DNA of 64,000 nucleotides from NCBI GenBank assembly GCA_026936335.1, contig JAPMXV010000059.1, forward strand, positions 248,001 through 312,000. Reading direction: 5' to 3'. How positions within the stretch are numbered: position 1 is the first letter of the stretch; the number at the start of each line of letters is the position of its first letter. Made by a program: the position numbers and the translations under genes. The notes beneath the pieces are model-generated. The model had not been told where the DNA came from, did no database searches, and saw nothing but the letters and a program-made list of their open reading frames with translations. Positions 35,797 through 49,911 of this stretch are shown here, one piece after another. Source of the DNA: Mantamonas sphyraenae STR306 (Eukaryota > Protista > CRuMs).

Positions 35797-38023
35797 ATGA
35801 GTGCATCGCAAGACAACCACACATTGGATACGGAAGACTCGACGGTGGGCTTGGAAAGTGAGAGCACAGTGGAGCTGGTGGACACGCTGGGAGGTCTGCA
35901 GGCGTCGGCTGGCCGGTCGAGCGTCGCGAACAAAGAGGTGACGGATGCGTTTGGGCAGCAGGCATTGTTGTCGGATATCATTCTGGACTTTCATTGTTCG
36001 GTGTTTCTGCAGATTCACAGACCCGGACGGCTGCTGGTGAACCGGTCCCACGCGTTCTTCATCCCCACCATGGGCACGGCTGGGGTGAGTTTGTGCGGGT
36101 GGGCGAGTGGGTGCATATGGGCTGGTTGTGGCGTAGTGTGGTTGGTGGGGACACGCAGACGGAGTGGGGAGAAAGAGGGGCCAAGGGTGAAGACGATGAA
36201 GGGCTGACGCGAATTGACGGAAACAAACTCGGCGGCAATGCAGCGTGCTGTGGTGTCTGTGCGACGCATTACAAGCATTGACGTGACAGAAACGCCCGTG
36301 GGATCATTGTTGGGCATCACTACAGACCGTGAAGAAGTCTACTTGTCGCATTTGTCGCACCCGCACATTGTGCGCAAGCTTTTGCTTCGCCTTTGCGCAA
36401 ACGCAAACGCGCTGGAGCACGCGCCTACGATCAGCACGGAGGAGGAACGGGAGGAGGCGGGAGGCAAGGAGGAGTCCCAGGCGCAGAGTGCGGTTGGAAC
36501 GGCCAAGCACACAAGCAACGTGGTCCTTGTGGATTTTAACGAAGAGGAGCAGAGGGCGCTGGACCGCAAACTTGGCGGAACGGATTGGGAGCTGGTGGAC
36601 GGGGGGGACAGTCATGGGAAGCAGAGCAAGGACGAATCGCCTGCACATGTGGGAGGGACGTCGTTTGGGTTGCACATGAACATGCTGGACCCAAAGGGCA
36701 AGTTCGGGCAGTTTGTGAGGTCGCTGACAGCTCGCACAGCAGTGGAGGACAAGGGTCGAGTGAAGGGGACGGCGAATCGATGGAGGAGAAACTGGAAAGC
36801 ATGAACTCGGAGGCAGATCGCAAGCTGGCTCGGCAACTGCAGGAGGAGATGGACAGGGAGTTTGCGGAGCGGCTGAACGACAACCGACCGGTGGAACGAG
36901 AGCGCAAGCACGGCTTTGGCTGGTTCGGCCACCACAGCAGTGAACATGGCCATGGCAGTAAGAAAGGCCACGGCAGTGGGTTTGTGGACTCGTACATGGT
37001 GGAAGGGGGTGGGTACCGGTTGGGCGGGTACGGAGCGCACGAACCGAGCGAAAGGGAGCGAGAGATGGCACGGCGTATCTACAACGATCGCAACGACCAG
37101 TACGCAGTGGATTTGTTTGCATACTCGTCGGCTGTGAATGGACGCTCCAACCTGGAGCTGAGCGGGCGGATCGAGCTGCCGAGCAGCTGCTTGCAAGCGA
37201 TTGCCAACAAGGAGTTGACCTACCCGCTTTGCTTTCGCATCAGCTCAGACAAGGTGGAAGATCTGAGCGTGCATGCGGCAGTGCTGGACTTTACGGGTGA
37301 GGATGCTTCCTCGCTGTCGATGCCCATGTGGATGATGGACAAGCTGGGCATCGGCGAGGGAGACTCGGTGACTCTGGTGGCCACAACTCTGCCCAAGGGT
37401 GAGTTTGTGCAGCTGCAACCGATCCAAGCGGCATGGGTGGACATCCCCTTTGACCAGCGCGGGTACCTGCTGGAGTACCAGCTGGTCAACTACCAGTACC
37501 TGACGGAAGGGGACGAGATCCAGGTGAAACACGAAGGCAGGGTGTACGACCTGGCAGTGGTGATGACGCGTCCGGGGCCGGCCATCGACATCATCGACGC
37601 CAACCTCACCACAGATGTGATTGAGCCACGGGAGGAAATCAAGTATGACCCGCAGGTGGAGAAGGACACGCCGACGCAGGGCTCTGTGGCGGCCGGGGAG
37701 TATGCATGGTACGTGTACCATGCCAAGACACCCAACTTTACGATTTCAGTGAGCGCAAGCAAGGGAGACCCCGACGTGTACGTTTCCGATTCGATCAAAC
37801 ACCCGACGCGCAGCCACTACACCGCGTACGACGCCACGTCGGGAGACACGAGCGTGACTGTGCGCGAGAGCTCCGAGGCATTCTGTGCGTCGGTAGGCCT
37901 GTTTCACATCGGTGTGACCAGTTTGAAGGAAGATTGTGAGTTTACGCTTGTGGTCGAGGACGCGCCGTCGTTGGAAACTCTGGACGGTGACAATGGCAAC
38001 ATGATGAACAACAGTGGTGGAGG

Positions 38024-38058
<35 letters not shown>

Positions 38059-38762
38059 GTATGGGCGGTCTGAATGCAGATGGAGAGGAGTGCGAGTTTT
38101 GTGGGCGAGTGATTCCGTCGCGTGTGATGATGCAGCATCAGATCCACTGCCAGCAGAGGTCGTGGCGCTGTCCAGACTGTGGAGAGGTGATGCTGAAGAC
38201 GGAGATGGAGAAGCATGTGGAGATTCAGCACCAGGACGTGACGTGCGATTGCGGCGAGAGCATGCCGCAGGAAGCACTTCACGAGCATCGCGAAAAGGAT
38301 TGTGTGTTGCGCACGGTGCCGTGCACGTACTGTCCTCTGAAGATGGCCAAACTGCACCTGAATGCTCACGAGGAAGAGTGCGGAAACCGCAGTGTGCGCT
38401 GCAACCGATGTTTCCAGAATGTGACACGCAACATGTTTGCAAACCATCTGGCTGGCGTGCACGAGATCAATCCGTGCTACATCGACGTGAGCGCAGAGAT
38501 CAAAGACTCACTGGCAGACAAGGAGCCGTCAGATCTTGGCGGGATTCGCAACACCGGCGGAAACCGCGGGGGCGGCAGCAGCCATGCGTCTGTGGATGCA
38601 TGGGGCGGTGGTTTGGATGAGGGATTCGGTGGTGGTGGGCTGGGGCACGCATCGACGGAGCAATTTCCCTGTCCCAAGTGCGGGTCAAAGTGGAATACGT
38701 TTGAGGACCTGCAATTCCACCTGCTGACGACATGCTACACGGAAGGCGACGACTATGTGTGA
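35797..38762 (+). CDS. GRAM/PH-like + UIM-like + UFD1-like + beta-sandwich (PPC-like) + TRAF-type zinc fingers; intron 36085-36243, frame break near 36728
   Basis: FHCSVFLQIHRPGRLLV (GRAM-like), ADRKLARQLQEE, and UFD1 motifs GRIELPSS..HAAVLDFT..LPKGEFVQLQP..LTEGDEI. Also KGDPDVYVS and repeated CxxC..HxxxC fingers. Joining the GRAM part is inferred. Confidence 0.75.
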
Positions 38763-38819
38763 AGTGAGTGCAGGAAAGATGAGAGTGAACACCACATGAT
38801 CTGTCTGTCTATTGTTGAT

Positions 38820-39685
38820 TTACGCGGCTTGCTGCTGGGCGGCCTGGAACTCGGCAATGCGGGCCTCAATCTCCGGGCGGAAGTGGCGGATGAGGCCTTG
38901 GACGGGCCAAGCGGCAGCGTCGCCAAGAGCGCAGATTGTGTGGCCCTCAATCTGCTTGGTGAGCTCGTAGATCATGTCGATCTCCTCTGGGTCTGCGTCT
39001 CCCTTGACGAAGCGGTCCATGACGGCCGAGAGCCAGGGACTACCCTCGCGGCAGGGTGTGCACTGACCACACGACTCGTGCTTGTAGAACTTGGAAAGGC
39101 GGGCAATGGCGGCAATCATGTCGACGGACTTGTCCATGACAATGACGGCAGCCGTGCCGAGACCACTCTTGACGCGCACGAGATCGTCAAAATCCATGAG
39201 GACGTCGTCGCAAATGTCCTTGGGAATGACGGGCACGGAAGAGCCGCCAGGAATGATGCCCTGGAGGTTGTCCCAGCCACCTCGGACGCCTCCGCAGTGC
39301 TTCTCGATGAGCTCGCGCAGAGGGATGCTCATCTCTTCCTCGACGGTGGTCGGGGTATTCACATGTCCGGAGATGCAGAACAGCTTGGTGCCGCTGTTGT
39401 TGTCGCGACCCAGGCTATTGAACCAGTCGCCGCCGCGTCGGCAGATGGTAGGCGCCACAGCCACAGTCTCCACGTTGGTGACCGTGGTCGGGCAGCCCCA
39501 CAGACCGATGTTGGCCGGGAAGGGCGGCTTGGAGCGCGGCTTGCCAGGCTTGCCTTCCAGGCTCTCGATGAGCGACGTCTCTTCGCCGCAGATGTACGCG
39601 CCAGCGCCCTTGTGCACATAGACATCCATAGCCCAGCCAGAGCCACAGGCATCAGGGCCCAGGAGGCCGGCTGTATGTGTGTGTT

Positions 39686-39719
<34 letters not shown>

Positions 39720-40816
39720 GGTGTGAGCAACGCGCACAAAGCAAAGGGAGCGAGGGCGTTGGGCCCAGAGGGGAAATGCGAACGGCGCCATGTCGGGAGC
39801 GGTTTGCAGGGCGCAGGGAGGCCAAGGACAGAGGCATGGGAGTGTGCAGACACGTGTGCGGGGAAGTAACATACCCTCGTAGGCCTCATCGATGGCCTTT
39901 TGCAGATTGGAGGCCTCGTTGTAGAACTCGCCGCGGATGTAAATGTAGGCTGGTGGAGGCGAGTGGCCGAGTGAGTGTTTTGGCACACGCGAGGGCCGAA
40001 AGCGCGGGGCGGGCAAGGGGCAAGGTGGATGAGGAGAGGATGGGAAGCACGAGTGGCTTACCTGCATGTGCACCCATGGCACGGGCTGTGATGAGGCATC
40101 CTTCAACGAGCTTGTGCGGGTCGTTGCGCATGATTTCGCGGTCTTTGCAGGTTCCCGGTTCGCCCTCGTCGGCGTTGACCACGAGGTAGTGCGGGCTGTG
40201 CAGAGCAAGAGGGAGGGAGAGTGAATTGGTAAAGGGGGTGTGTGTGAGTGGCTGGTGAATTGGGGGAGCACGCAGCTGCACAAGGTTGACTTACCGGCCG
40301 TCGTTGACCTTGGGCATGAACGACCACTTGAGGCCCGACGGAAAGCCGGCGCCGCCGCGTCCGCGCAGGCCGCTCTTCTTGACCTCGTCAATGATCCAGT
40401 CACGTCCATTCCAAAGGATTTCCTTGGTTTTGTACCAGTCGCCCTGAGGGTGTGTGGGGGGGTGCGTGTGTGCAGCGTGTGCGTGGCAAAACGCAGCGCG
40501 AAAGCGGAGGTCAGTGGAAAACGTCCAATCGGCGTCGGCGCTTTCCGCAGCAGATGCGGACCGCCGCAGGGCATGGCAGCTTGCATGGACAATCCACACG
40601 TCTCGCTGGCCAATGTACACGCTTGCGCTTGCAACCTACTCGCTTCAGGGCACCCTTGAGGCCAAAGTCGTCCTGGCCGTACAGGTTGGTGAAGATGCGA
40701 TCCTCGTCCGACAGGTTGCCATAGGCTCGCGTCGACATGCTCGCGCTTCCTGCCTCCACCGTGTTGATCAGCTGTGCGCCCACAGCTCGGCTCTTGCGGA
40801 TACTACGAGAGAACAT
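38820..40816 (-). CDS. NDUFV1: Complex I 51-kDa flavoprotein subunit (multi-exon)
   Basis: [91 protein letters not shown]. Confidence 0.98.
39676..39719. repeat. Intronic (GT)n(GA)n microsatellite in NDUFV1
   Basis: TGTGTGTGTTTGTGTGTGTGTGTGTGTGTGAGAGAGAGAGAGAG. Confidence 0.9.
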
Positions 40817-40857
40817 GGGAAAATTGGGTTGTGTGGAGTTGCGAGCAACTCTTCTGT

Positions 40858-41573
40858 TCATTCCGTGTGTGTCACCACCTTGTGTGCCTCCCCACCGCCG
40901 CCATCGCCGTCCACGGCCTCCTTCTTCTTGCTTTCCTCCTCCTCTTGCTCCTCCTCCTCCTCCTCCTCCTCGCCATCTGCCTCCAGCCACTTGCCAAACT
41001 CCTCGATGCGCTTCTGCTCCTCGGCCTCACGCACGCTGTCGTCGACTGCCACCTTGAAGGTGGTGTACCCGTCCCACAGATCGGCTGCGAGGCGACGTCC
41101 GTCAAAGAAGCGTCCATCCATGACCTTCATGCACGCTTCGGCTGCCGATTCCTCTTCAAACAACACGTTGACCACTCCTTCGGGGTTGTTTTCATACACC
41201 CACATCTGCTCCACGCGTCCAAACTTGCTGCACTCGCTCACCACCTCTGCTTCCAGTTGCTGCTTGAACCCCAGCTGGCGCATCTCCTCCACCTTGAAAA
41301 TGTACTTGATCACAAGAGTGCGCCTCCTCCTGTGCGACTTGTCCTCGCGTTCGTCGCTCCCTGTCCAATCCAAGGCTCTGTGTAGATGGAAGTCGTATGT
41401 GCATGCAGGTGTCAACAGGCCGTAGTCCGCTGTAAGCATCGGTACAACCCAAAACTGCCACCAGACCCAAACTTACTTCTTTTCCTCTTTGCTCGGCTTG
41501 GCACCGATGCGCTTTCGCTTGGGTTTTGCTTTGTTTGCGGATGCAGTGTGCGTCTGTGCTTGACTGCCATCCC

Positions 41574-41604
<31 letters not shown>

Positions 41605-42096
41605 AGTGTTGTTGGCGTCGTTGTCGGCTTCGACATCCGCATCAAACGTTGCCTGCTGGACGCGCACGACGTGCCCAGGACGGATTTCACTTTCATCGAG
41701 CAAGGTGAGAGCCAATTCCACAGAGGCCGGGTTGAGATAGTGGACCAGCGCATCTCCTTTGGGCAGCCCTGTGCTCTTGTCCAGGTACAGCTTGATCTTC
41801 GGCTTGCCTTCGTTGCTCAACTTGAGCTTGCCCATCTTTTCAAAAAAGTACACCAGCTCTGTTTGACGCACATCTTGGGGCAGGCCTGTGACGTACACGT
41901 GCGACTCCAAGACCACACGCTGCTTCTTGGTCGCCGTCGCAGTTTCCGTTTCGTCCTGCGCCTCCGTGTCCGTACCCAGAGCTTCCTCTCGCTCGCGCTT
42001 CCGTGTGCCGCCGCTACTACTGTCGTCACTACTGCTGCTCATCACTGTCTCGCCTTCAGTGCTGGCTATGGGGTGGCTGAGTTTGCGCAGGCTCAT
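40858..42096 (-). CDS. HTATSF1: Splicing factor Tat-SF1/Cus2 (RRM + UHM; 2 exons)
   Basis: VYVTGLPQD, PKIKLY...KGDALVHYL..SVELALTLLDE, K|ALDW, ECSKFG...NPEGVV...MDGRFFDGR..A.LWDG. Intron ~41476-41378. Confidence 0.93.
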
Positions 42097-42153
42097 TGTC
42101 TATTCCATGTTTTCTGCATCCATCCATCCGCAACTGTCCACACATTGCTCCCG

Positions 42154-43345
42154 TCAGGCCACGATCTCCTGGCCAGACTCGGCAAACTCGGCAGTCTCCT
42201 CCTCCTGCGCATCGTCGGTGGCAAAGAGGATGTTTTCAATCTCGGCGACAACGGCGTTGTTGGAGCCGCTGACAGACTCGCAGAGGATCTCCACCTCGCG
42301 AAGCTTGTTGTAGTAAAAGTCGCGCTCACGCTCGAGCATATCGACAGTGAGCTTGAGCTCGGTGATCTCCTTGGTCATCTCCTGCAACTTGGCACTTGCT
42401 TCCTGCTTCTGGTTCTCCTTCTGCAGTTGCTGGCGCTGACGGGTGGACAGAGCCTTGCTGCCCTTGGCCGAGCGTGTGCTCGTGTTGGTGGTGCTGCTGG
42501 TGCTGCTGGTGTCCACCGTGCCGCTGCTCACGTTGCTCGTCTTGACGCTGCGCGTGCTCGTGTTGCTGTTGGCCGTGCGTGTGCTGTTGCTGCTGTTGCC
42601 ACTCTTCTTGCTGGTGGTACCGCTGCTCTTGGCCCCAGCGCCCTTCCTGCGTCCCACTGCGTCGTACTCGCCGCCCGGGTACGTGCGATCAAAGTAGGCC
42701 TTCATCCACTGCAGAAACTCAAGGTTGTCCTGGTACTTGCCCTTGATAAGCTTGTCCACCTCGATGTGCTTGTCGATGTGCAGCTTGTTGAAGGCCGTCT
42801 GTGGGTGGAGTGAGTCGAGCGTCGTGTCAGGAAACCGTCGTTTTGAGTGTGCGCGCCTTTTCCTTCGCGGTTCAGTAACGGACCTGCAAAACCTTGTAGT
42901 TCTTGACGTATTCGTAGTCAAACTTGGCATCAAAGTTCACCTTGCGCAGGGGAACCTTGCCCGGGTAGATGGCATCGATGATCTGGCAGAATGCCGCTCC
43001 TGTGTACACGTGTCAGCCAAGGCCGCCTGACACAAGCGTTTTTGCGCGCCCAAAAAATCCACTCGCCGCTGCTCACGTCGAGCCGGTGGCACAGAACACG
43101 ATGCACACACACACATACGCACACACGCACACACAGTGACAAGACCCCAACGTACCAGAGCACACTTGCTCCACCTTTGTGTAGTTGATCTTGAGCAGAT
43201 CGTTGAGCCATTCGAGAAGCTCGCCGCGCGACACGAAGAACGCGCCCTCCATCATGCCAATGTTCGACTGTGCGCATCAGACCACGCAGCGTGTGTTAGC
43301 AACGTTGGAACAAGACAGGCTGGCGGAAAACGGGATGCACACCAT
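42154..43345 (-). CDS. EB1: EB1/MAPRE plus-end tracking protein; first coding exon is only the ATG
   Basis: ATG 43345, intron 43342-43268, then [22 protein letters not shown]. Also [10 protein letters not shown] and [19 protein letters not shown]. Confidence 0.95.
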
Positions 43346-43422
43346 TGTGAATCTATGTTGTTTTTGGGTTTGCTTGTCACGCGCGCGTCACTCCCATCTT
43401 AATACAGTATTACTGTAATACA

Positions 43423-46340
43423 CTAGTCCTCCAAGTCCTCCTCGACTTGCCTGGGCCCTTCGCCAAGGCTGGCAAGGCTAGCTTCAAACTCGTCATCATC
43501 CAGGTCGAGGTCCAGGCGCGCCTTGCGCTCGGATGCAGCGGCGTTGCTTGTGCTTGGGCTTGTCGCGTCTCGCGCAGTCTCGCGGGGGCCGTCGATGGCA
43601 GGTACCTTGACAGAGGCACGTGCGTTGGAGCTGCCTCGTGTGCTGGGCTTTCGGATACTGGACGCATTCTCCACGCGTCGCAGCGTCCGTCGGCCGCTCT
43701 CCTCGTCTTCCTCGTTCTCCACGTCGTCGAAGCCCAGATCCATAAAGGCGTCGTCGGTGCCCAGGCGCAGGCTCTCCACCGTAGTGCTGTTGATTGTGCC
43801 GTATCTGTGCGGATCCTCAAAGCAGGGCATGCCCGTGTCTGCCAGACACTGGCGAAAGTCGTCGTTGTTCTTGTACAGCGCGGCACAGCACAGGCCCACG
43901 GCCGCTGAAATGAGGATGGCAATGACCAAACCAGCGCCTCCACTGCCGCCAGGACCCAGAGTGATTCCCTTGCACACGTACTGCTCAGGCATGTGATCCA
44001 CGCCACCCTTGACCTCGCACGTGTCTCCGGGGACGAGTCGATACCCACGCGTGACTGGGATGACCTTGCCTGGGAAACAGCCAGCGGGGGGGTACGCGGG
44101 TTTCTTGCTCTCGTCCTCCAGCGTGCAGGGGCCCAAACCTCCCGAGTTGCCGTCCAGCGTCGTTCGTTTGTAGCCCACATCACACTCGTAGTCGAAATCG
44201 GTGCATGGGCAGTTGTCCAGACGCCGCGAGTGCTCGTAACGCAGGCCGTTGAAGCACGCTGCCAACTGCTTGCGGCGCGTGTAGCTGATCTTGTGGCCCA
44301 GGAGGCAGGGCTGGCCGACTCGCTGGTCGCTTGGCGTCCAGAACTCGTAGTCGGAGCCAGGTGCACCAGGTGTCTCCGGCAGGCTGCACTGTTTGCTCAG
44401 CACAGGTGCAAAATCCACATGCACCACCTGGCCTTTTTGTCCCAGTGAGCCGTACAGCACAAATGCACGCGTGGTCGACTCGGGTTCGGCTACAATGTTC
44501 TCCACCGCAAAGGCTTGATCGGCAAACTGGAACGGTGTGCCATGTTTCGCCCTCGTCCACACTGTAAGACAGTGTGTTGGTCTGCTTTGTCATGTCCACG
44601 GCCACAACGATGCCTCCATGGTCGCCAATCTCATAGATGAAGGCGCCGGAGTGAGCCTTGGTCCAGGTGAGGCCTGCATCGCGAGACAGGAACGTGTTGG
44701 ACTGATCCAGCTGATCTCTGAGGAAAGGCCCATGGTTTCCCGATGCCAACACGATGCCCACGGCATTGGGCGTGGAGTATAAAGGCGGGAAGCGGTTCGT
44801 GGCGCCGGGAGCGTTGCGCCAGCCATGCAGGTGTAGGTAGCAGTCTTCGTCGCTGACGTCGCATTCAAGGTTAGCGGGAACCTTGAGAGGCGACCACACG
44901 CCACCCTTGTCGAAGGAGATGCGTGTTTGCATCTTGCTGTTTTCACCCACAATGTTGGCAATGTAAACACCCTCGACGCCATGCACGCGCGACACATGAT
45001 TCTCGGCGACGCGCTCCAGAGACACAGAGAACTTGCTGCCACGACTGCCAGACACATAGAGGTTGCCCATTGGCGGTGCACCCGGTGGAGCGGTGGCGTC
45101 GTTGTGTTTAACCCACAGCATGGCCGACGACTCGGACGCGTCGACAAACTGAACCCCCTGAATCTCCAGCTCGGTGGGGAGTTCCACGGGTGTGGCTTTG
45201 ACAGTACGCATCGAATCTTTGTGCTCGGACGGCACAAACACCTCCATGGTGAGCTCGTCCTTTGGCGGCTTGGCGTACGGGTTGGGGAAGTATCGAATGA
45301 CATACACGTACTTGTCGGTTTTGACAAACTCGTTGCCATTGATCACCAGCACCACAGGGTTGGTGAAGAAGTTTGCACCGTACATAAAGTGGAACTGGCG
45401 GTTGAATTCTGTAGCTGCAGGTTGTGGCGGTTTGCTGTTGACAGGCAAAGGGTGAAACACGGTGGCAAACACACCGTCTTCGTCATCATCTGCCCAGTCA
45501 AATGAGCGCACATAGGTGGCTACCATGTTGAAGGTTTGGCAAAAGTCCTGGGTGACGTAGAGCTGGAGTGGGGGTTTGAGTCAGCAAAGGCAAGGTGGAG
45601 GCAAGGCAGGGTCAGAGATGAGTGTGCAGGGAGGGCAAACCAAAGAGGCGACAAAGACATACCTCGCAGGCTGGGTGATCCGGGTCGACGTTGCCGTTCT
45701 TGTAGTAGCAGGCTTGGGCGAGCAAAAGGCGAGGATTGCGGGGGTGGAACTTGTAGGCAGTGAATGGAATAGTGTTCTTGACGAGGGTGTAGTTGCCTGC
45801 GTGTCCTCGAGAGTGGGTGGTCCAGATGTTGTTGCTGCCCTGCTCAAGAAAGACCATTTTGCGCGGATCGCGCGGATGAGCGAGGAGCTGACGAATCTTC
45901 ACGGGGTCCCCACCACTCAACGCGGCCATCTGCTTGGTCTGATCATCCCAGGTTGCGCCTCCGTCCTCGGAGCGCATCACCTTGTAGTCGAGGGTGAGCA
46001 CAAAGACAATCTGCAGTCGCAAACGGAGTGTCAGTTGTTTGCGAAGAGGGAATGGACGCGTCGGCAGACAGGGTCAGACGGGCTGTCGAAACGAAGAAGG
46101 AAGGGAAGTACGAGGGGCAACGGCGTACTCTTTTGTCGTTGCCAATCCAATGGATGTCATTGACGCCACCGGTCCAGTCTTGCACAGGCGAGGCAATGGG
46201 AGTTGGGAGAGGAGCAGGAGAGGAGGTGGGATAGGGGTCGGTGCTGCATCGTCGGCCCATGCCTGGTGCACACACGCACATGCGAGCAGGAGAAGCAACG
46301 CAGTACACACGCGTGCTCTTGGAAACGTGAGCTGCAGCAT
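43423..46340 (-). CDS. VPS10/sortilin-family receptor (3 exons; frame breaks ~46230 and ~44535)
   Basis: Signal peptide; Asp-boxes SEDGGATW, SFDKGGVW, SRDAGLTW, SVDEGETW; LHLHG; 10CC module (CLLGHKISYTRRK..C..CPCTDFDYECDVGY..GYRLVPGDTC); TM helix; YGTI in the tail. Confidence 0.93.
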
Positions 46341-46493
46341 GCGGGAGGGGATTGCGTGGGCGAGCAAGGGCGGATCGCCACGGCAGGCGTTTGGTGGGGC
46401 CAAGAGGTCATGTTCGGGAGAAATGGATGTTCAAAAGGACCATGAGGGTGTTGGGTGGAGCATACGCGCGACCAGAGGCACAAGAAGCAGACA

Positions 46494-49400
46494 ATGGTGC
46501 GGAAGAAGCTAGACTCACGCATCCGCACTCTGATTCGGAATGGAGTGGCACAGAACCATCGATCGTTCTTTGTGATTGTGGGCGACCGAGGCAAGGACGT
46601 GGTGATGCAATTGCACTACATGCTGACGAAGGAGCTGGCCAAGACGCGGCCGTCGGTGGTGTGGTGCTACAAGAAGGAACTGGGCTTCAGCAGGTATGGT
46701 GACAGGGAACGAGACGAGGGCAAGGGGGGCAAGGATGTGGCGTGGGGATGTGTGTGGGCCAGTTTCGGGGAGTACACACTGACGCAATGAGGACAGCCAC
46801 CGGAAGAAGCGCATGCGGCAGATGCAGAAGCAGCTGCAGCGAGGCCTGGTGGACGCTGACCAGAACGACGCCTTTGACCTGTTTCTGTCGTCTACGAACA
46901 TCCGATACACATACTACAAGGACACACACAAAATCTTGGGCAACACATACGGCATGTGCGTGCTGCAGGATTTTGAGGCGTTGACACCGAATCTGCTTGC
47001 GCGGACGGTGGAGACGGTGGAAGGAGGCGGCCTGGTGGTGCTTCTCCTGCGCACCATGGGTTCGCTCAAGCAGCTCTATGACTTTTCCATGGATGTGCAC
47101 GCACGCTTCCGCACAGAGTCACACAAGGTAGGCAGCGTGGTTGGGCGTGGGAAGGGCCCGGGTGACGGGAAATGCGGCGTGGGCGGATTTTCCAGTGAGG
47201 GCATACCTGTGGGCTGACACATGGGACGGTACACACACAGCACATTGTGCCTCGATTCAACGAGCGCTTCCTGCTGTCGCTGGCGGACTGTGCGAGCTGT
47301 ATGGTGGTGGACGACGAGTTGAACCTACTGCCGATCTCGTCGCACATGCGCAGTCTGGAGGCGCGTGCGCGGTTGGACGAGGAGGGTCAGGTGGTGTTGT
47401 CAGCCAGCAATGCAGAACTGGAGGAGGTGAAAGAGTCGCTGAGGGACACGCAGCCTGTGGGATCGCTGGTGTCGTGCGCAAAGACGTTGGACCAGGCCAA
47501 AGCGATCATGACGTTTGTTGAGGCCATCTCTGAAGAGACGCTGCGTTCGACGGTTGCGCTGACGGCAGGACGTGGACGTGGCAAGAGTGCAGCGCTGGGC
47601 ATTGCCATGGCGGCAGCGGTGGCGCACGGGTACGCAAACATCTTTGTGACGTCGCCGACACCGGAGAACCTGAAGACGCTGTTCCAGTTTGTGTTTCGTG
47701 GCTTTGATGCGCTCGGGTATGAGGAACACGTGGACTACGAACTAGTGCAGTCGACAAACCCGGAATTCAACGGGGCCATTGTGAGGGTGAACATCTTCCG
47801 CGAGCACCGGCAGACGATCCAGTACATTGCGCCGACGGACGGAGACAAGCTGGGCCAGGCGGAGCTGCTGGTAATCGACGAGGCGGCAGCGATTCCGTTG
47901 CCGTACGTGAAGAAGCTGCTGGGCCCCTACCTGGTGTTTATCTCGTCGACGGTGAACGGGTACGAGGGCACGGGCAGGTCGCTGTCGCTGAAACTGTTCA
48001 AACAGCTGCGCGGCAAAGCAAGCGCAGGAGACACAAGCAGCAGTAGCAGCAGTAGCAGCAGTTCCGAAGCGAGTGGGATCACAGCACGGCAACTGCGGGA
48101 GATCAAGCTGCAGGAACCGATTCGGTATTCGGAGGGCGACGACGTAGAGTCGTGGCTGCACAAGCTGCTGTGCCTGGATGCGACAAGCGTGCCGCGACTG
48201 ATGAGCGGGGTGCCTTCTGTGAACGAGTGCCAGCTGTACTATGTGAACAGGGACGTGTTGTTTTCGTACCACCGCGTGGCGGAGGCGTTCCTGCAGCGCA
48301 TGATGGCGTTGTACGTGAGTTCTCATTATCGCAACACGCCGAACGATCTGCAAATGCTTGCAGATGCGCCTGCGCACCACCTGTTTGTGCTTCTGGGCCC
48401 CGTGACGACCAGCATTCCTGAGGTGCTGTGTGTGATCCAGGTTGCGCTGGAGGGGGAGATCTCGCGAGAGACGGTGGTGAGGAACTTTGCAGAGGGCAAC
48501 CGTGCGTCGGGTGACATGATTCCATGGACCATTGCACAGCAGTATCAGGACTCGGAGTTTGCACGTCTGAGTGGAGCGCGCGTGGTGCGCATTGCGACGC
48601 ATCCGGACCACCAGCGCATGCGGTACGGCTCACGTGCTATGGAACTGCTGAGTGAGTACTATGCCGGTGCCATGGTGAGCCTGGACGAGGAGGGAGGTGA
48701 GGAGGATGACGAGGAGGATGACGAGGACGACGACGACGAGGTGGACGTGGGCAAAGGCAAGTCAAAGGAGAAATCGACGCTGCTGGTGGAGCAACTGGCA
48801 CCGAAGAAATTGACAAAGCCTCTGCTGATTGGATTGGAGGAGCGCAAGGCGGAGCGACTTCACTATCTGGGAGTGGCGTACGGGCTGACGCAAAGTCTGT
48901 TCAACTTTTGGACAAAGAACGGGTTTGTGCCGCTGTACATCCGATCGACAGCCAACGAGCTGACGGGAGAGCACTCGTGCATGATGGTGAAGAAGCTGGA
49001 GAACGAGGGGAGCGGAGGAGTGGTTGCAGAAGGAGACTGGTTGGGCCCGTTCAGCGAAGACTACCGTCGGCGCTTCCTGTCGCTGATGTCGTTTGAGTTT
49101 CAGAAGCTGCACCCAACGCTGGCGATGAGCGTGCTGCGCAGTGTGCAGCGTGCTGCGCGAGAAGAGGGCGGGAGCAAGACGCAGGGCAAGGCGCTGAGCA
49201 GGGGCGAACTGGACATGTTTCTGAGCGGACACGACATCAGGCGACTGGACACGTACAGACGCAGTCTGATCGATTATCACGTGATCATGGACCTTGTGCC
49301 AGTGCTCGCGCGGTTGTGGTTTGAGGAGCGGCTGCAGGTGGAGGGCAAGGTGACGATGACGAGCCAGACGATCCTGATGGCAATTGGTCTGCAGCACAAG

Positions 49401-49892
49401 AGCGTAGAGCAGGTTGCGCAGGAGCTGGGGATCCAGGTGAAGCAGACGCTGGCGCTTTTCAACAAGATCATTGGCACGACGGTGAAGCACCTGAACGAGC
49501 TGGAAGAGGAGGAGATTGCTCGTGAGCTGCCGTCCAAGTATGAGTACCAGGACGTGGGTGGCGAGATGATGCCAGTGGAGGAGTCGCTGCACGGTGAGCT
49601 GGGCGAAGCCGGACAAAGGGAGGTTGAGCGAGTGCGCGAAAAGATGGTGGGCAAGCGACGAAGAGACGAGGAGGAGGTGTGGGAAGATGGAAATGAGGAT
49701 GAATTGGAGATGGACAGGGGCGGAGAGGATGACGAGGAGGTGCTGGCCACACCGGAAGCGAGCAGCAGCAGCCGGTCGAAGAAGAGTGAGAAGAAGAGCG
49801 GCAAGAAGAGTGGCAAGAAGAGTGGCAAGAAGGAGAAGAAGAGCGAGAAGAAGAGTGGCAAGAAGAAGAAGAAGCAGAAGCGTGATGAATGA
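46494..49892 (+). CDS. NAT10: RNA cytidine acetyltransferase NAT10/Kre33 (introns 46694-46796, 47128-47240)
   Basis: MVRKKLDSRIRTLI, LQDFEALTPNLLARTVETVEGGG, TAGRGRGKSAALG, IDEAAAIP, GYEGTGR, RVVRIATHP. Confidence 0.98.
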
Positions 49893-49911
49893 AGAGTTGC
49901 ATTTTAGGCGT

